A DNA stretch of 64,000 bases from Planctomycetota bacterium (lineage in GTDB: Bacteria > Planctomycetota > UBA8742 > UBA2392), in contig JABTUE010000001.1 in NCBI GenBank assembly GCA_015075515.1, forward strand, positions 1,013,001 to 1,077,000, in the 5' to 3' direction. Below the pieces are notes generated by a model. It searched no databases. It was not told the DNA's origin and was given only the letters and a program-made list of their open reading frames with translations. The position numbers and the translations under genes were made by a program. Below are positions 1-9,382 of the stretch, one piece after another. The stretch's first letter is position 1. Each line of letters starts with the position of its first letter.

Positions 1-1
1 C

Positions 2-346
2 GCGCTGGAAGAAAAAAAGGCCGGCGTCGGCATCACGGATGTGGTCAACGGCGACTACAAGCTGGCCCCGGTGCTGGAGGCCATCAAGACCGCCATCGGC
101 CGCATTGACAAGGCACTGGCCGACGCCAAGGCCGCGGCCGAGGCCAAACGCCAGGCCGCCCAGCAGAAGCTGGAGGCCGACAAACGCCGCCAGCAGATCC
201 AGGAACGGCTGGCCCGTGCCAGCCAGAAGCTGCAGGCCCTGCCGCCCGATTACGGCGTTGAGCCCCTGGAGAACGAGAAGCCGAAAAAGCAATTCGACGC
301 CCAGGCACTGCCCGACGACGACGTGGACCTGCACGAAGTCGAGTAA
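2..346 (+). CDS. Hypothetical protein, C-terminal fragment (5' end lies outside the window); coiled-coil, Ala/Lys/Gln-rich
   Basis: Open frame runs from window edge (frame 2) to TAA at 344-346; translation AKAAAEAKRQAAQQKLEADKRRQQIQERLARASQKL is heptad-like, not Arg/Pro junk. Confidence 0.45.
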   Translation, partial: ALEEKKAGVGITDVVNGDYKLAPVLEAIKTAIGRIDKALADAKAAAEAKRQAAQQKLEADKRRQQIQERLARASQKLQALPPDYGVEPLENEKPKKQFDAQALPDDDVDLHEVE

Positions 347-348
347 CC

Positions 349-1182
349 ATGCGCACGGTCAAGGTCAGCCGCATTGCCGACCCGGTACCCGCCATCGGGC
401 TTGGCACCTGGAACATGGGCGACTCACGCGCCACGCGCGCGGCCGAAGCCGCGGCCCTGCGCGCCGGGCTGGACCTTGGCATGAACCTGATTGACACCGC
501 CGAAATGTACGCCGGAGGCGGCGCCGAAGAAGTTGTGGCCGAGGCGATTGCCGGACGCCGCAAGGATGTCTTTCTGGTTACCAAGGTTCTGCCCGGCAAC
601 GCCTCGCGCCAGGGAACCCCGCGTGCCTGCGAGGCCAGCCTGAAGCGCCTGCGCGTGGACGTGATTGACCTGTATCTGCTGCACTGGCCCGGCTCGCACC
701 CCCTGGCCGACACGCTGGCGGCGTTTGAGGAACTGCGCGTGTCAGGCAAGATCCGCCACTGGGGCGTAAGCAACTTTGACCCGGCGGCGATGCGCGAAGT
801 TGAGCGGCAGGTGCCCGGCCGCTGCGCCTGCAACCAGGTGCTGTACAACCTGCAACGACGCGGCATCGAGCACGACCTGCTGCCCTGGTGTGTGGACAAA
901 GGCGTGCTGGTGCAGGCCTATTCGCCGCTGGACCAGGGCAACCTGCGCAAGCCCGCGCAGTTGCTTGCTGTCGCCAAACGCCACAAGGCAACGCCCGAGC
1001 AGATCGCGCTGGCGTGGTCGGTGCGTCTGGCGGGCGTACACGCGATTCCGAAATCCGCAAACCCCGAACGTGTGAAGCAGAACGCCGAGGCCGCCAACAT
1101 CAAGCTGACAGCCGCCGACTTGCGCGAACTGGATGCGGCGTTCGCGCCACCAACAGGCCCGACCCCACTGGAGACCGCGTGA
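349..1182 (+). CDS. Aldo/keto reductase family oxidoreductase
   Basis: ATG at 349 directly after upstream stop. Translation has AKR hallmarks (GLGTWNMG, IDTAEMYAGG, DLYLLHWP, RHWGVSNF) and is 277 aa. Confidence 0.9.
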   Translation: MRTVKVSRIADPVPAIGLGTWNMGDSRATRAAEAAALRAGLDLGMNLIDTAEMYAGGGAEEVVAEAIAGRRKDVFLVTKVLPGNASRQGTPRACEASLKRLRVDVIDLYLLHWPGSHPLADTLAAFEELRVSGKIRHWGVSNFDPAAMREVERQVPGRCACNQVLYNLQRRGIEHDLLPWCVDKGVLVQAYSPLDQGNLRKPAQLLAVAKRHKATPEQIALAWSVRLAGVHAIPKSANPERVKQNAEAANIKLTAADLRELDAAFAPPTGPTPLETA

Positions 1183-2021
1183 ACACGCCGCTGGCGGGCA
1201 AAGTCGCGCTGGTCACTGGCGCGTCGCGCGGTGTGGGGCGCGGCATTGCCCATGAACTGGGGTTGGCCGGGGCCACGGTGTACGTGACCGGCCGGTCCAG
1301 TGGCGACCGCACCACCGAGAACCGGCCCGAGACGATTGAGTCCACGGCCGAGCTGGTCACAAGTTCGGGCGGCAAGGGCATCGCGATTGCCTGCGACCAC
1401 GGCGACGACGCGCAGGTGGCGGCGCTGTTTGCGAAGCTGCCTGACCTTGACCTGCTGGTGAACAACGTCTGGGGCGGGTACGAGAACTACGACCACACCA
1501 CCTTCAGCGACCCGTTCTGGAACCAGCCCCTGGAGCGCTTTGATCGCATGTTCCGCACCGGCCCGCGCGCGCACTTTGTGGCCGCGCGGCTGGCCGTGCC
1601 GCGCATGATCGCGCGCAGGCGCGGGCTGGTTGTGAACATTGCCGCCGGCGACCACGGCCGTTTTCTGGGCAACGTGCCCTATGACCTGGTCAAAAGCATG
1701 TGCTCGCGCATGGCCTTTGGCATGGCGACAAACCTGCGCCCGCACAACGTGGCCGCCGTCGGCGTGTTGCCCGGCTTCACGCGCACCGAACGCGTGACAG
1801 ATGCATTTTCGGGCAACCCGCCGCCGATCACCGAAACGCCGCGTTACACCGGCCGCGTGGTCGCGGCCCTGGCGGCCGACGCGAACATCATGCAGCACAG
1901 CGGCCGGGTGCAGGCCACCGCGGCCTGGGCCAAAGTCTATGGCATCAGGGACATTGACGGCCGCAGCCACGAGCCGTTTGTGCTGCCGCCCGAGTACCCC
2001 GCACCGGCGGACCGGTTCTGA
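1179..2021 (+). CDS. Short-chain dehydrogenase/reductase (SDR) family oxidoreductase
   Basis: GTG start at 1179 overlaps the upstream stop (GTGA). The N-terminus GKVALVTGASRGVGRGIA is the SDR Rossmann TGxxxGxG motif. The annotated longer ORF from 888 overlaps the upstream gene and is rejected. Confidence 0.85.
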   Translation: MNTPLAGKVALVTGASRGVGRGIAHELGLAGATVYVTGRSSGDRTTENRPETIESTAELVTSSGGKGIAIACDHGDDAQVAALFAKLPDLDLLVNNVWGGYENYDHTTFSDPFWNQPLERFDRMFRTGPRAHFVAARLAVPRMIARRRGLVVNIAAGDHGRFLGNVPYDLVKSMCSRMAFGMATNLRPHNVAAVGVLPGFTRTERVTDAFSGNPPPITETPRYTGRVVAALAADANIMQHSGRVQATAAWAKVYGIRDIDGRSHEPFVLPPEYPAPADRF

Positions 2022-2024
2022 CAC

Positions 2025-3557
2025 TTAAGCACCAAGCCCGGCCTGTTGCGCCAGCGGGGCCAGAAACCCGCAACCCTGGTCCAGTGAACGCCGCAGAAAG
2101 TCCAGTGCCCGCCGACGCATGGCGGCAAGCTGCGGCTCGCGCTCGCCGGGGCCGCAAAGTTCCAGAACGTTGCGGTAGTGCGTGGCCTCGATCAATATCG
2201 GCATGGCCAGTTCGGGTGGTGTCGCGGCCAGCGCGCGGTCGGCCTGAAGCAGGGTTTTTCCGGCCTCGGCCCGGCGCCCGCAGTGGCGGGCCAGGGTGCA
2301 GGCCCAGGCGGGCAGGCTGACATTCCACGGCGCCCGGTCCGGGTGCAGAAACGTGCTGCGCTCGATCAGGGCGTTGAACTCGGCCAGAACCGCGGTGTCT
2401 TTGTGCCGGATCGCGCGCAACATCAGGCCCGCGATGGCCGGTTCAACGCGCGCGGTGCTGGTGGCGCCCTTGCGCGCGGCTTCATAGTCGCGCGCGGCGC
2501 GTTCCAGGTGCGCGGGTTCCTGTGTGAACAGGGCGATCCGCACCGCCCAGTCGGCGCGGCTTTCGTTGCGCGACGCGCCCAGGGCAAAACGCTCAAACTC
2601 CAGCGCCCCGGCGAAGTACTGGGCCAGTTGCAGCGCGCGGGATACCTCCGCCGCGGGCAGGCCCAACGCGATCGCCTGGTGCAGGCGCGCCGCGCCCTCG
2701 GCGGGACGGCGCAGCAAAAGCAACTGGCCCCCGTGCATGGCCACCAGCCGCGCCACGGCCGAACGCACCGCGCCGGACGGGGACGGAATGTTTTCGGCCA
2801 GGGCCAGCAGCGCGCGGATCAAACGCTCGGCCTCGGCGCTGCGCCCGTTGTGATCCAGCGCCTGCACCAGTTGCATGGCCTCGGCCAGTGAATCCTCGTC
2901 AAGCCCGTCACCCAAGGTACGGAACAGAACGCGCCGCTGCAGGCCGATCAGGCCGGCCAGGTCGCCAAACCGCCGGGTGTGGGCGGCCTCGACGCGCATG
3001 TGTTCGAGGTCGAGGGCTTCGTCCTGGCACAGCCGGGCCACCTGCTGGGCGGCCTTGCGCAACGACGCGGCGCGGGGTTCGTCTTCGGCGTTCAGGGCCT
3101 GGCGCCAGTCGCGCAGAATGCCGGCGAATACCTCGCGGCTCTGGTCGTTCAGGCGGCGCTTGAGTGCCTCGTGGGCCTCCAGCGCGTCGTGCAGCCGCCG
3201 CAGTGCCTGCTGCGAGGGCCGCCCGGCCAGAGAACCCAGCCGCAGGCGCGCCACGTTGTTCATCGCCTGCACCAGTTCCAGCAGGTTGCCAGCCAGCCGT
3301 TCGTTGCCCGCAGCGGTATCGCTCAGATACATGGCCCCTTCGCCGGCAATCAGCCAGGCCGGGTTCACGCCCAGACCGGCCACCAGCGCCGAACAGAACG
3401 ACGCGGGCACGCGGTTGCCGCGCAGATAGCGGTTGACGTTGGCCGGGCTGGTGCCGGTGCGGCGCGCGATTTCGGCCTGGCTGTGGGCGCCGGCCAGTGT
3501 GCGCAGGCGGGCGCGCAGGCCGGCATCAAGGTCCGTGGCTGGTTTTCGCTTCGGCAT
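2025..3557 (-). CDS. Transcriptional regulator: N-terminal XRE-type HTH plus a long C-terminal alpha-helical (TPR-like) domain; paralog of the 59394..60923 gene
   Basis: 510 aa. The N-terminus SQAEIARRTGTSPANVNRYLRGNRVP...GVNPAWLIAGEG is an HTH_XRE-like motif. The gene is divergent from an AT-rich intergenic region (3558-3676). Confidence 0.75.
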   Translation of the reverse strand: MPKRKPATDLDAGLRARLRTLAGAHSQAEIARRTGTSPANVNRYLRGNRVPASFCSALVAGLGVNPAWLIAGEGAMYLSDTAAGNERLAGNLLELVQAMNNVARLRLGSLAGRPSQQALRRLHDALEAHEALKRRLNDQSREVFAGILRDWRQALNAEDEPRAASLRKAAQQVARLCQDEALDLEHMRVEAAHTRRFGDLAGLIGLQRRVLFRTLGDGLDEDSLAEAMQLVQALDHNGRSAEAERLIRALLALAENIPSPSGAVRSAVARLVAMHGGQLLLLRRPAEGAARLHQAIALGLPAAEVSRALQLAQYFAGALEFERFALGASRNESRADWAVRIALFTQEPAHLERAARDYEAARKGATSTARVEPAIAGLMLRAIRHKDTAVLAEFNALIERSTFLHPDRAPWNVSLPAWACTLARHCGRRAEAGKTLLQADRALAATPPELAMPILIEATHYRNVLELCGPGEREPQLAAMRRRALDFLRRSLDQGCGFLAPLAQQAGLGA

Positions 3558-3676
3558 CGGCGGGTTCTATGTTACGGAACAGTAATGATTGTTGAACAGA
3601 AGTGTTCTTAGAAAATTTCTTTTCAGTTATTCTGGTTCCGGCGGGCCGGGGAACCCGCCCAACCGGAGGACAAACC

Positions 3677-5197
3677 ATGAAAGTCATGCTTCTGCTCGCC
3701 GCGCTGGCCTGCGGCCTGTCGGCCCAGTCCTACACCTGTGTCCGCATCGCCAACGACTACGCGGGCAAGGATGTAAGTGCCACGGGCGTGAGACTGCTGA
3801 ACAATCCGTCCGTGCCCTGGGGTGGCGACCTGGATGAAGGCCACGCCGACGACTACCCGATCGGGTTCACGTTTCAGTTCTATGGCCAGTCCCACGCCAC
3901 GGTGGACATCTGCACCAACGGCTGGGTCAGCTTCAACCCGATTCAGGGCACACTGCCGTACATGCCCGCGTCGCCGCCGGCCACGTTTCCGTCCACCAGC
4001 TATCCCAACGGGTTTGTCGCCGCCGGCTGGCAGGATCTGTGGGGATACGTCATGTCCCAAAGCAGCGGCATGTTCGCCCAGACCGTGGGCACCGCGCCCA
4101 ACCGCGAGTTCCGCGTGCAGTTCAACAACATGACCAAACGCCAGCCGCCGGGCGGCACGATGAGCTTTCTGTGGGTGTTCCGCGAGGCCGACAACAGCAT
4201 CGAAATTCACTACGGCCACATCACCGACGGAACGGTCTTTGCCTGCGGGCTGGAAAGCCCCAGCGGCAACGAAGGCACGGCCTCGGCCGACGGCTGGCTG
4301 CTGGGCACACCGGTTCAGACCGCCTACCGATTTGAGCCCCAGCCCGAAATCGAAGTGGAACGCGCTGCGCAGGCTGTGCCGCACCAGGGAACCGACAACA
4401 TCGGGACGGTCACCGCGGGAACCGCGACAGCCGTGACCTACCGCGTGCGCAACACAGGCGTGGGGGCGCTGACACTGACCGGCGTGAACCTGTCAGGCAT
4501 GGTCAACTGCTCGGTTTCGGCTGGCGGCCTGCCGGGGACGGTTCCGCCGGGTTCCTACGCGGATCTGGACTTGCAGGTTACAGCCGCAGCGACGGGCTTC
4601 TGCTCGTTCCTTGTCAGCATCGGCAACAACGACCTGGACGAATCACCGTTTGCCTTCAGCGTGGACGCCAACGCGGTGCCGACCCCGGCGGCCGAGATTG
4701 AACTGACGTACCAGTCCCTGCCGCGCCAGACGGGCGAGGTGGTGACGCTGGGCGCCTTCGCCGTCGGGCGGGCCCAGGTGATCAGCGTTCGGGTGCATAA
4801 TCCGGGTACCGCCGACCTGCACCTGACCGGCGCGCCGGTGGTGCGGCTTGCCGCCGTCCAGAACTGCGCCGTGACGGTTGCCAAACCGCCGGCGGCCATG
4901 GTGGCGCCCGGCGCGCACACGGATTGTGAACTGGAGTTCACGCCGACGGCGTTCGGGCCGTTCGGTTTTGAGATCGCGCTGGACAGCAACGACAGCGATG
5001 AAACGCCGTATGTGCTGCACTTTGCCGGCTCTGCCGGCGCGGAGAACATTGGCGGATCCCACAAGGGCGGCGGCGGGTGCGTCCTGGATACGACCCGCGG
5101 CGCGGGCTTGCTGCCGCCCTTCCTGCTGCTGGCTGCCGCCCTGCGGCGTGGCAAACGGCGCCGCCGCGATGCGATCATGCCGCGGCCACGGGGCTGA
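3677..5197 (+). CDS. Secreted cell-surface repeat protein (Ig-like / choice-of-anchor-D-like beta-sandwich repeats) with a C-terminal sorting-signal-like tail
   Basis: ATG at 3677 is preceded by GGAGGA (3665-3670). The signal peptide is MKVMLLLAALACGLSAQS. Repeats read ...GVNLSG...SIGNNDLDESPFAFSV and ...LDSNDSDETPYVLHFAGSA. The C-terminus is GGGGCVLD-TTRGAGLLPPFLLLAAALRRGKRRRRD (Gly-rich, hydrophobic helix, basic tail). The longer ORF from 3602 is rejected. Confidence 0.7.
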   Translation: MKVMLLLAALACGLSAQSYTCVRIANDYAGKDVSATGVRLLNNPSVPWGGDLDEGHADDYPIGFTFQFYGQSHATVDICTNGWVSFNPIQGTLPYMPASPPATFPSTSYPNGFVAAGWQDLWGYVMSQSSGMFAQTVGTAPNREFRVQFNNMTKRQPPGGTMSFLWVFREADNSIEIHYGHITDGTVFACGLESPSGNEGTASADGWLLGTPVQTAYRFEPQPEIEVERAAQAVPHQGTDNIGTVTAGTATAVTYRVRNTGVGALTLTGVNLSGMVNCSVSAGGLPGTVPPGSYADLDLQVTAAATGFCSFLVSIGNNDLDESPFAFSVDANAVPTPAAEIELTYQSLPRQTGEVVTLGAFAVGRAQVISVRVHNPGTADLHLTGAPVVRLAAVQNCAVTVAKPPAAMVAPGAHTDCELEFTPTAFGPFGFEIALDSNDSDETPYVLHFAGSAGAENIGGSHKGGGGCVLDTTRGAGLLPPFLLLAAALRRGKRRRRDAIMPRPRG

Positions 5198-6104
5198 TGA
5201 ACTTGTGGCCTCGCTGAGGGCCGCGCTTGGTCACGGTCAGCACTTCAGGCCCGGTTTCGGTCATCAGAATCGTGTGCTCGAACTGGGCGCTCAGCCGGCC
5301 GTCGGCGGTGTAGACCGTCCAGTTGTCGCGACGGTCCAGCACGGTCTTCCAGGTGCCGGCGTTGATCATCGGCTCGATCGTGAAGCACATGCCGGGTTCC
5401 AGAATCTGCTGGCCGTGGTAGGCGTCGGGAAAATGCGGAATGTGCGGCTTCTGGTGAAACACCCGGCCGATGCCGTGGCCCTGGTATTCCTTGACCACCG
5501 AAAAACCGCGCGCCTTGGCGATCGCGCTGATCGCCCGGCCGATCTCGATCACGCGGCTGTAGGGCTTGATCACGTCAATCGCCGCCCACATGCAGTCAAA
5601 GCTGCACTGGGTCAATGCCACGGCCTCGTCGCTGACGGGGCCGACGAACAGGGTTTCGCTCTGGTCGCCGTGCCAGCCCTCGACAATTGTGGTCAGGTCA
5701 AGGTTGATGATATCGCCGTCCTTCAGCCGGTAGTCGCCGGGCACGCCGTGGCACACCACCTGGTTGGGGCTGGTGCACAGGCTGGCCGGAAAGCCGCGAT
5801 AGCCCAGCGTGGCCGGAATATGCCCGCGGCTGGTGGTCCACTGGTGGATCAGCGTGTCAATTTCGCGCGTGGTGATGCCGGCCTTCACATAGTCGCGGAT
5901 GTAGTCCATCAGCTCGGCGTTGACGCGGCAGGCCTTGCGCATGGCGTCGCGTTCGGCGGTGTTGAGAAGCAGCGGGTCCTTGCGCGGGGCGGGCTGGGGC
6001 ACGCCGGCCTCGTTGCCGTGGTGGCACTTTTTGTACTTCTTGCCGCTGCCGCACCAGCAGGGGTCATTGGGGCCGGGCTTGCGGTTGTTGGACTCGTCTT
6101 TCAT
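5175..6104 (-). CDS. map: Type I methionine aminopeptidase with an N-terminal SEC-C zinc-binding motif
   Basis: 309 aa. CWCGSGKKYKKCH is a SEC-C motif. The MetAP core has the metal ligands context (DGDIINLDLT, HGIGRVFHQKP, FTIEPMIN, FEHTILMTE). Confidence 0.9.
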   Translation of the reverse strand: MKDESNNRKPGPNDPCWCGSGKKYKKCHHGNEAGVPQPAPRKDPLLLNTAERDAMRKACRVNAELMDYIRDYVKAGITTREIDTLIHQWTTSRGHIPATLGYRGFPASLCTSPNQVVCHGVPGDYRLKDGDIINLDLTTIVEGWHGDQSETLFVGPVSDEAVALTQCSFDCMWAAIDVIKPYSRVIEIGRAISAIAKARGFSVVKEYQGHGIGRVFHQKPHIPHFPDAYHGQQILEPGMCFTIEPMINAGTWKTVLDRRDNWTVYTADGRLSAQFEHTILMTETGPEVLTVTKRGPQRGHKFISPVAAA

Positions 6105-6187
6105 CCGTGCTGACTTTATCGCGCGGCGGCGCGGGCTTACAGGGGCGGCTCATGGACGCTGGGTCAAACCCGTGCCATCGTGCGGCC

Positions 6188-7291
6188 ATGCGCCAGGCCA
6201 GTTACTGGGAACTTGCCGCCACGCCGCAGCCCGCGCCGCAAAGCCTGCCCGAGACGGTAGACGTTCTGGTCGCGGGCGCGGGGTTCATGGGCCGGTGGCT
6301 GGCGCTGTTTCTGGGGCGGCGCAACCCCGCCCCGCGCGTGCTGGTGGTAGAACGCGACCGCATCGGCTACGGTGCCAGCACGCGCAACGCCGGGTTTCTG
6401 ACCACCGGCCAGATCACCGAAATGTTCGAAGATGCCCGCGACAGCGGCCTGGACGCCGTGCTGGCGACGTTTGCGCGTCGCCGGACAGGGCTGGCGCTGG
6501 TGCGGCAGGAATTTCCGCAGCTTGAGGTGGACGCCTGCGGCAGCACGGATTTTGACCCCGTCAACGACGAAAAACGCGAGTTCGCCCGCCATGTCAACGC
6601 GGCGCTGGGCGAAATCATGTTCGTCGAGCGCCCGGTCAACCTGGGTGGCCGGGCCACCACGGGCTTCTTTCAGGCCCGCGACGGCGGCGTGCACCCGGTG
6701 AAGCTGCTGGAGCTGATCCGGTTGCGCGCCACGGGCGCCACGTTCGCCTTTGGCGTGAACGTGCGGCGGATCGGCCAGGGTGCGGCCCTGTGCGAAGCCG
6801 GCGGCCGGACGCACGAAGTGCGGTACAGACGCGCGTTTGTGTGCACCAACGGCTTTGCCCCTGATCTGGAGCCGGCAAGCCCGGTCGTGCCGGGCCGCGG
6901 CCAGGTGATTGTGACCTCGCCGGTGACAACCACGACCGACCGCACGCTGGGGTATCTGAACGCGGGCTACGACTACTTCCGGTTTGTGGACGGGCGGCTG
7001 CTGATCGGCGGCGGCCGCGACCGCTTTCGCGCGCAGGAAACCACGGCCGAGATTGCCGTAAGCGACGCGCTGCTGGGTCATCTGCGCGCCACGGCCGCGC
7101 GCGTTCTGGGGCATGAACGGTTTGTGGTGGACTGGCACTGGGCCGGCATCATGGGTTTTGTAGGCGGCCGGCATCTGGGCGGCAGCCCGCGCCGCGCCAT
7201 GGACGAAACCACCGAAGCCGTGGCAGGCTTCGGTGGCATGGGTGTGGCGCTGACACCTGTGTTCGCGCGTGAAATCGCGCAGGAGTTTTAG
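6188..7291 (+). CDS. FAD-dependent oxidoreductase (DAO / glycine-D-amino-acid oxidase family)
   Basis: The dinucleotide-binding motif DVLVAGAGFMGRWLA lies near the N-terminus. The start is uncertain (ATG 6188 preferred; ORF opens at 6107). The gene is divergent from map. Confidence 0.8.
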   Translation: MRQASYWELAATPQPAPQSLPETVDVLVAGAGFMGRWLALFLGRRNPAPRVLVVERDRIGYGASTRNAGFLTTGQITEMFEDARDSGLDAVLATFARRRTGLALVRQEFPQLEVDACGSTDFDPVNDEKREFARHVNAALGEIMFVERPVNLGGRATTGFFQARDGGVHPVKLLELIRLRATGATFAFGVNVRRIGQGAALCEAGGRTHEVRYRRAFVCTNGFAPDLEPASPVVPGRGQVIVTSPVTTTTDRTLGYLNAGYDYFRFVDGRLLIGGGRDRFRAQETTAEIAVSDALLGHLRATAARVLGHERFVVDWHWAGIMGFVGGRHLGGSPRRAMDETTEAVAGFGGMGVALTPVFAREIAQEF

Positions 7292-9264
7292 TCCATCACA
7301 ATCACGGACAGCAGGCTGCGGTCGCTGGTGTTCGGTGCCGGGACTGTTCCGGTCATGCCCGGCAGCATCATCGGCGGCGGCGGCGCGGGCTGGTAGGACC
7401 CAGCGCCCGACCCGCCGGACGCCGCGGCGGCCGTGGTTCCGCCGGCCCAGCCCGTCATGGCCGGCAGGCCCCACGCGTTCCACCACGCATAGACATCGTA
7501 GTTCAGTTCGTGCACCACCACGGCCACCTGGTCGCCGCGAACCACCGCGTCATAACCCAGCCAGCCCAGGGTCCGGATCACCATGCCCTGCGGGCAGCCG
7601 GGCGGGGGTGTGCCGCCGGGCAACGAAGAAACCCGGGTCAGCGCAAACGGCTGGCCGGCCTGTCCCGGCGTGAAGTCGTCCCACCTCAGGTTGTGCAGTT
7701 CCAGGCCCCAGCCGACCGGGTTGGCGTACAGCATGTCCACGCGCTTGAGGCCGCCGACCAGACGCGGGTGCACCGAGGGCTGCATCGCCCCCGGGATCGC
7801 CACGTGCGCCACGGTCTGCCATGTCAGGCCGGCGTCGGCGCTGTACTTCAGGTGCACGCCGTCGGTTTTCTCGTAGGCGTAAAACACTTCCATGGCCGCG
7901 CCTGAGCCCAGTACCGCCACGTGCGGGTCAATCGGTGCGACCCGGTCTTCGCGGTCCACTTCACTGTCGCGCCAGGCACCGCCCCAAGGGCGCACGGCGC
8001 AGCGGAACCGCGCCGAATTGATGCGCTGCCCGCCCACCCACTGAAACAGCGAGTAGCCGTAACCCACGACCAGATCGCCGCCGGCGCTGTATTCCAGGTG
8101 CATCAACAGCGGGGTCACGTCGCTGCCCGGGTTGTGCACCACGGTGTTCTGGGTCCAGGCGTAGCCGGTGGGTGTGTTGTTGGCGTCGAACCCGGTGGGC
8201 GCGGCCTCGCACAGACGCAGCGAAGCCGTGCCGCCGCTGCAGCGCCAGTAGAGCACACCCAGCGTGTAGTCCGGGGCAATCGCGATCTGCACCAGGCGTT
8301 GCGCCCCCCAGCCGCCGGAGCTTTCCAGCGTGTGCAGCAGCGGAAAGCTTGCCCCGCGGTCCAGGCTGATCTCGGCCCGGATGTCTCCGGCCTGGCTGTA
8401 GACCACGGCCAGAACGTTGCCGCGCGCGGCGATTTCCTGGTCGCGCCATGAGGCGATGTCGTCGGAATAGCAATCGGCCTGGCCGCCGGTCACGGTCGAA
8501 GTCGCGGCATCCAGTTGCAGCCACTGGCGCCGGCGCTGGCCGTAGCCGATGCCGGTGCCGTCATAGGTGGCCACGCTGTAGCGGTCACCCGAAACGGCAA
8601 TCGCCGGCAGCCCGCAGTACCACGAGTTGCTGCTGAACACCGGGGTCGTGACCATGCCCGGTCTGGTCGGCGGGGCCGCGTGGTTGGGCAGGTTGATGAT
8701 GCTGGAGTTGCCAATGCGCACCCGCAGGCCGATGTTCAACGGGCTCAGGCCCCACCACCGGGGAACCTGCACCAGCAGCACCTGGTCCGTGCTGATACTG
8801 CCGCGAACCGTCACGCGCGAAAAGCCGTCGCCGATTACCTCGACCAGGTTGCCGTTGTAGCTCAGGCTGCTGCCCTCCAGGTGCATGCCCGCGGCCACGA
8901 TGCTTTCGGCGCCCAGTGCCGGCGCCAGCCCGTTGTCGGCCACATGGCCGACCGACAGTTGCGTCAGGCCGAAGTTGCCGGCGCCGCGCGCGATCACGGT
9001 AAACGAAAAATCCTGCCCGGCCGGAGTTTCCATTTCATAGACGCGGTCAAATCCCGACAGGCCAAAGCGGGACAGGCTGACAGAAGCGGAAAGCGTGTCT
9101 GTGGTCGCGGGCGAAACTTCCGACATGCCGGCAGCCACAGTTACGTCTTCCGTGGACCAGAACACGCGCCACGGAGTTGGGGTGATCGTAGGCGGGCCGT
9201 TGAAGTGGCCGCAGCCGGCCACGGCAAGCAGCAGACAGCCAAGCAGGATGGGAATCTTGCGCAT
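7288..9264 (-). CDS. Lipoprotein with BNR/sialidase-like (beta-propeller) repeats
   Basis: Lipobox MRKIPILLGCLLLAVAGC at internal ATG 9264; upstream extension to 9381 is rejected. BNR-like S-x-D-x-G-x-T/S-W/F motifs are present (YSADAGLTWQ, SLDRGASFP). Confidence 0.6.
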   Translation of the reverse strand: MRKIPILLGCLLLAVAGCGHFNGPPTITPTPWRVFWSTEDVTVAAGMSEVSPATTDTLSASVSLSRFGLSGFDRVYEMETPAGQDFSFTVIARGAGNFGLTQLSVGHVADNGLAPALGAESIVAAGMHLEGSSLSYNGNLVEVIGDGFSRVTVRGSISTDQVLLVQVPRWWGLSPLNIGLRVRIGNSSIINLPNHAAPPTRPGMVTTPVFSSNSWYCGLPAIAVSGDRYSVATYDGTGIGYGQRRRQWLQLDAATSTVTGGQADCYSDDIASWRDQEIAARGNVLAVVYSQAGDIRAEISLDRGASFPLLHTLESSGGWGAQRLVQIAIAPDYTLGVLYWRCSGGTASLRLCEAAPTGFDANNTPTGYAWTQNTVVHNPGSDVTPLLMHLEYSAGGDLVVGYGYSLFQWVGGQRINSARFRCAVRPWGGAWRDSEVDREDRVAPIDPHVAVLGSGAAMEVFYAYEKTDGVHLKYSADAGLTWQTVAHVAIPGAMQPSVHPRLVGGLKRVDMLYANPVGWGLELHNLRWDDFTPGQAGQPFALTRVSSLPGGTPPPGCPQGMVIRTLGWLGYDAVVRGDQVAVVVHELNYDVYAWWNAWGLPAMTGWAGGTTAAAASGGSGAGSYQPAPPPPMMLPGMTGTVPAPNTSDRSLLSVIVMD

Positions 9265-9382
9265 GAGGATGCTCCCGAGAACACACCGAGGGGTCGGGGC
9301 GGGGTGATGGCTTTGCAAGCCGCGCAAACACTGTGCCACAGGGCCTGAAAGGGCGGTTTGGGCACCGATTCCGGTAACCACA

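Noticed and set aside
84-2024. Long minus-strand ORFs (84..899, 918..2024) antisense to the AKR and SDR genes
   Set aside because: Arg/Ala/Pro-rich low-complexity translations typical of GC-rich antisense shadows. The plus-strand genes have clear family motifs.
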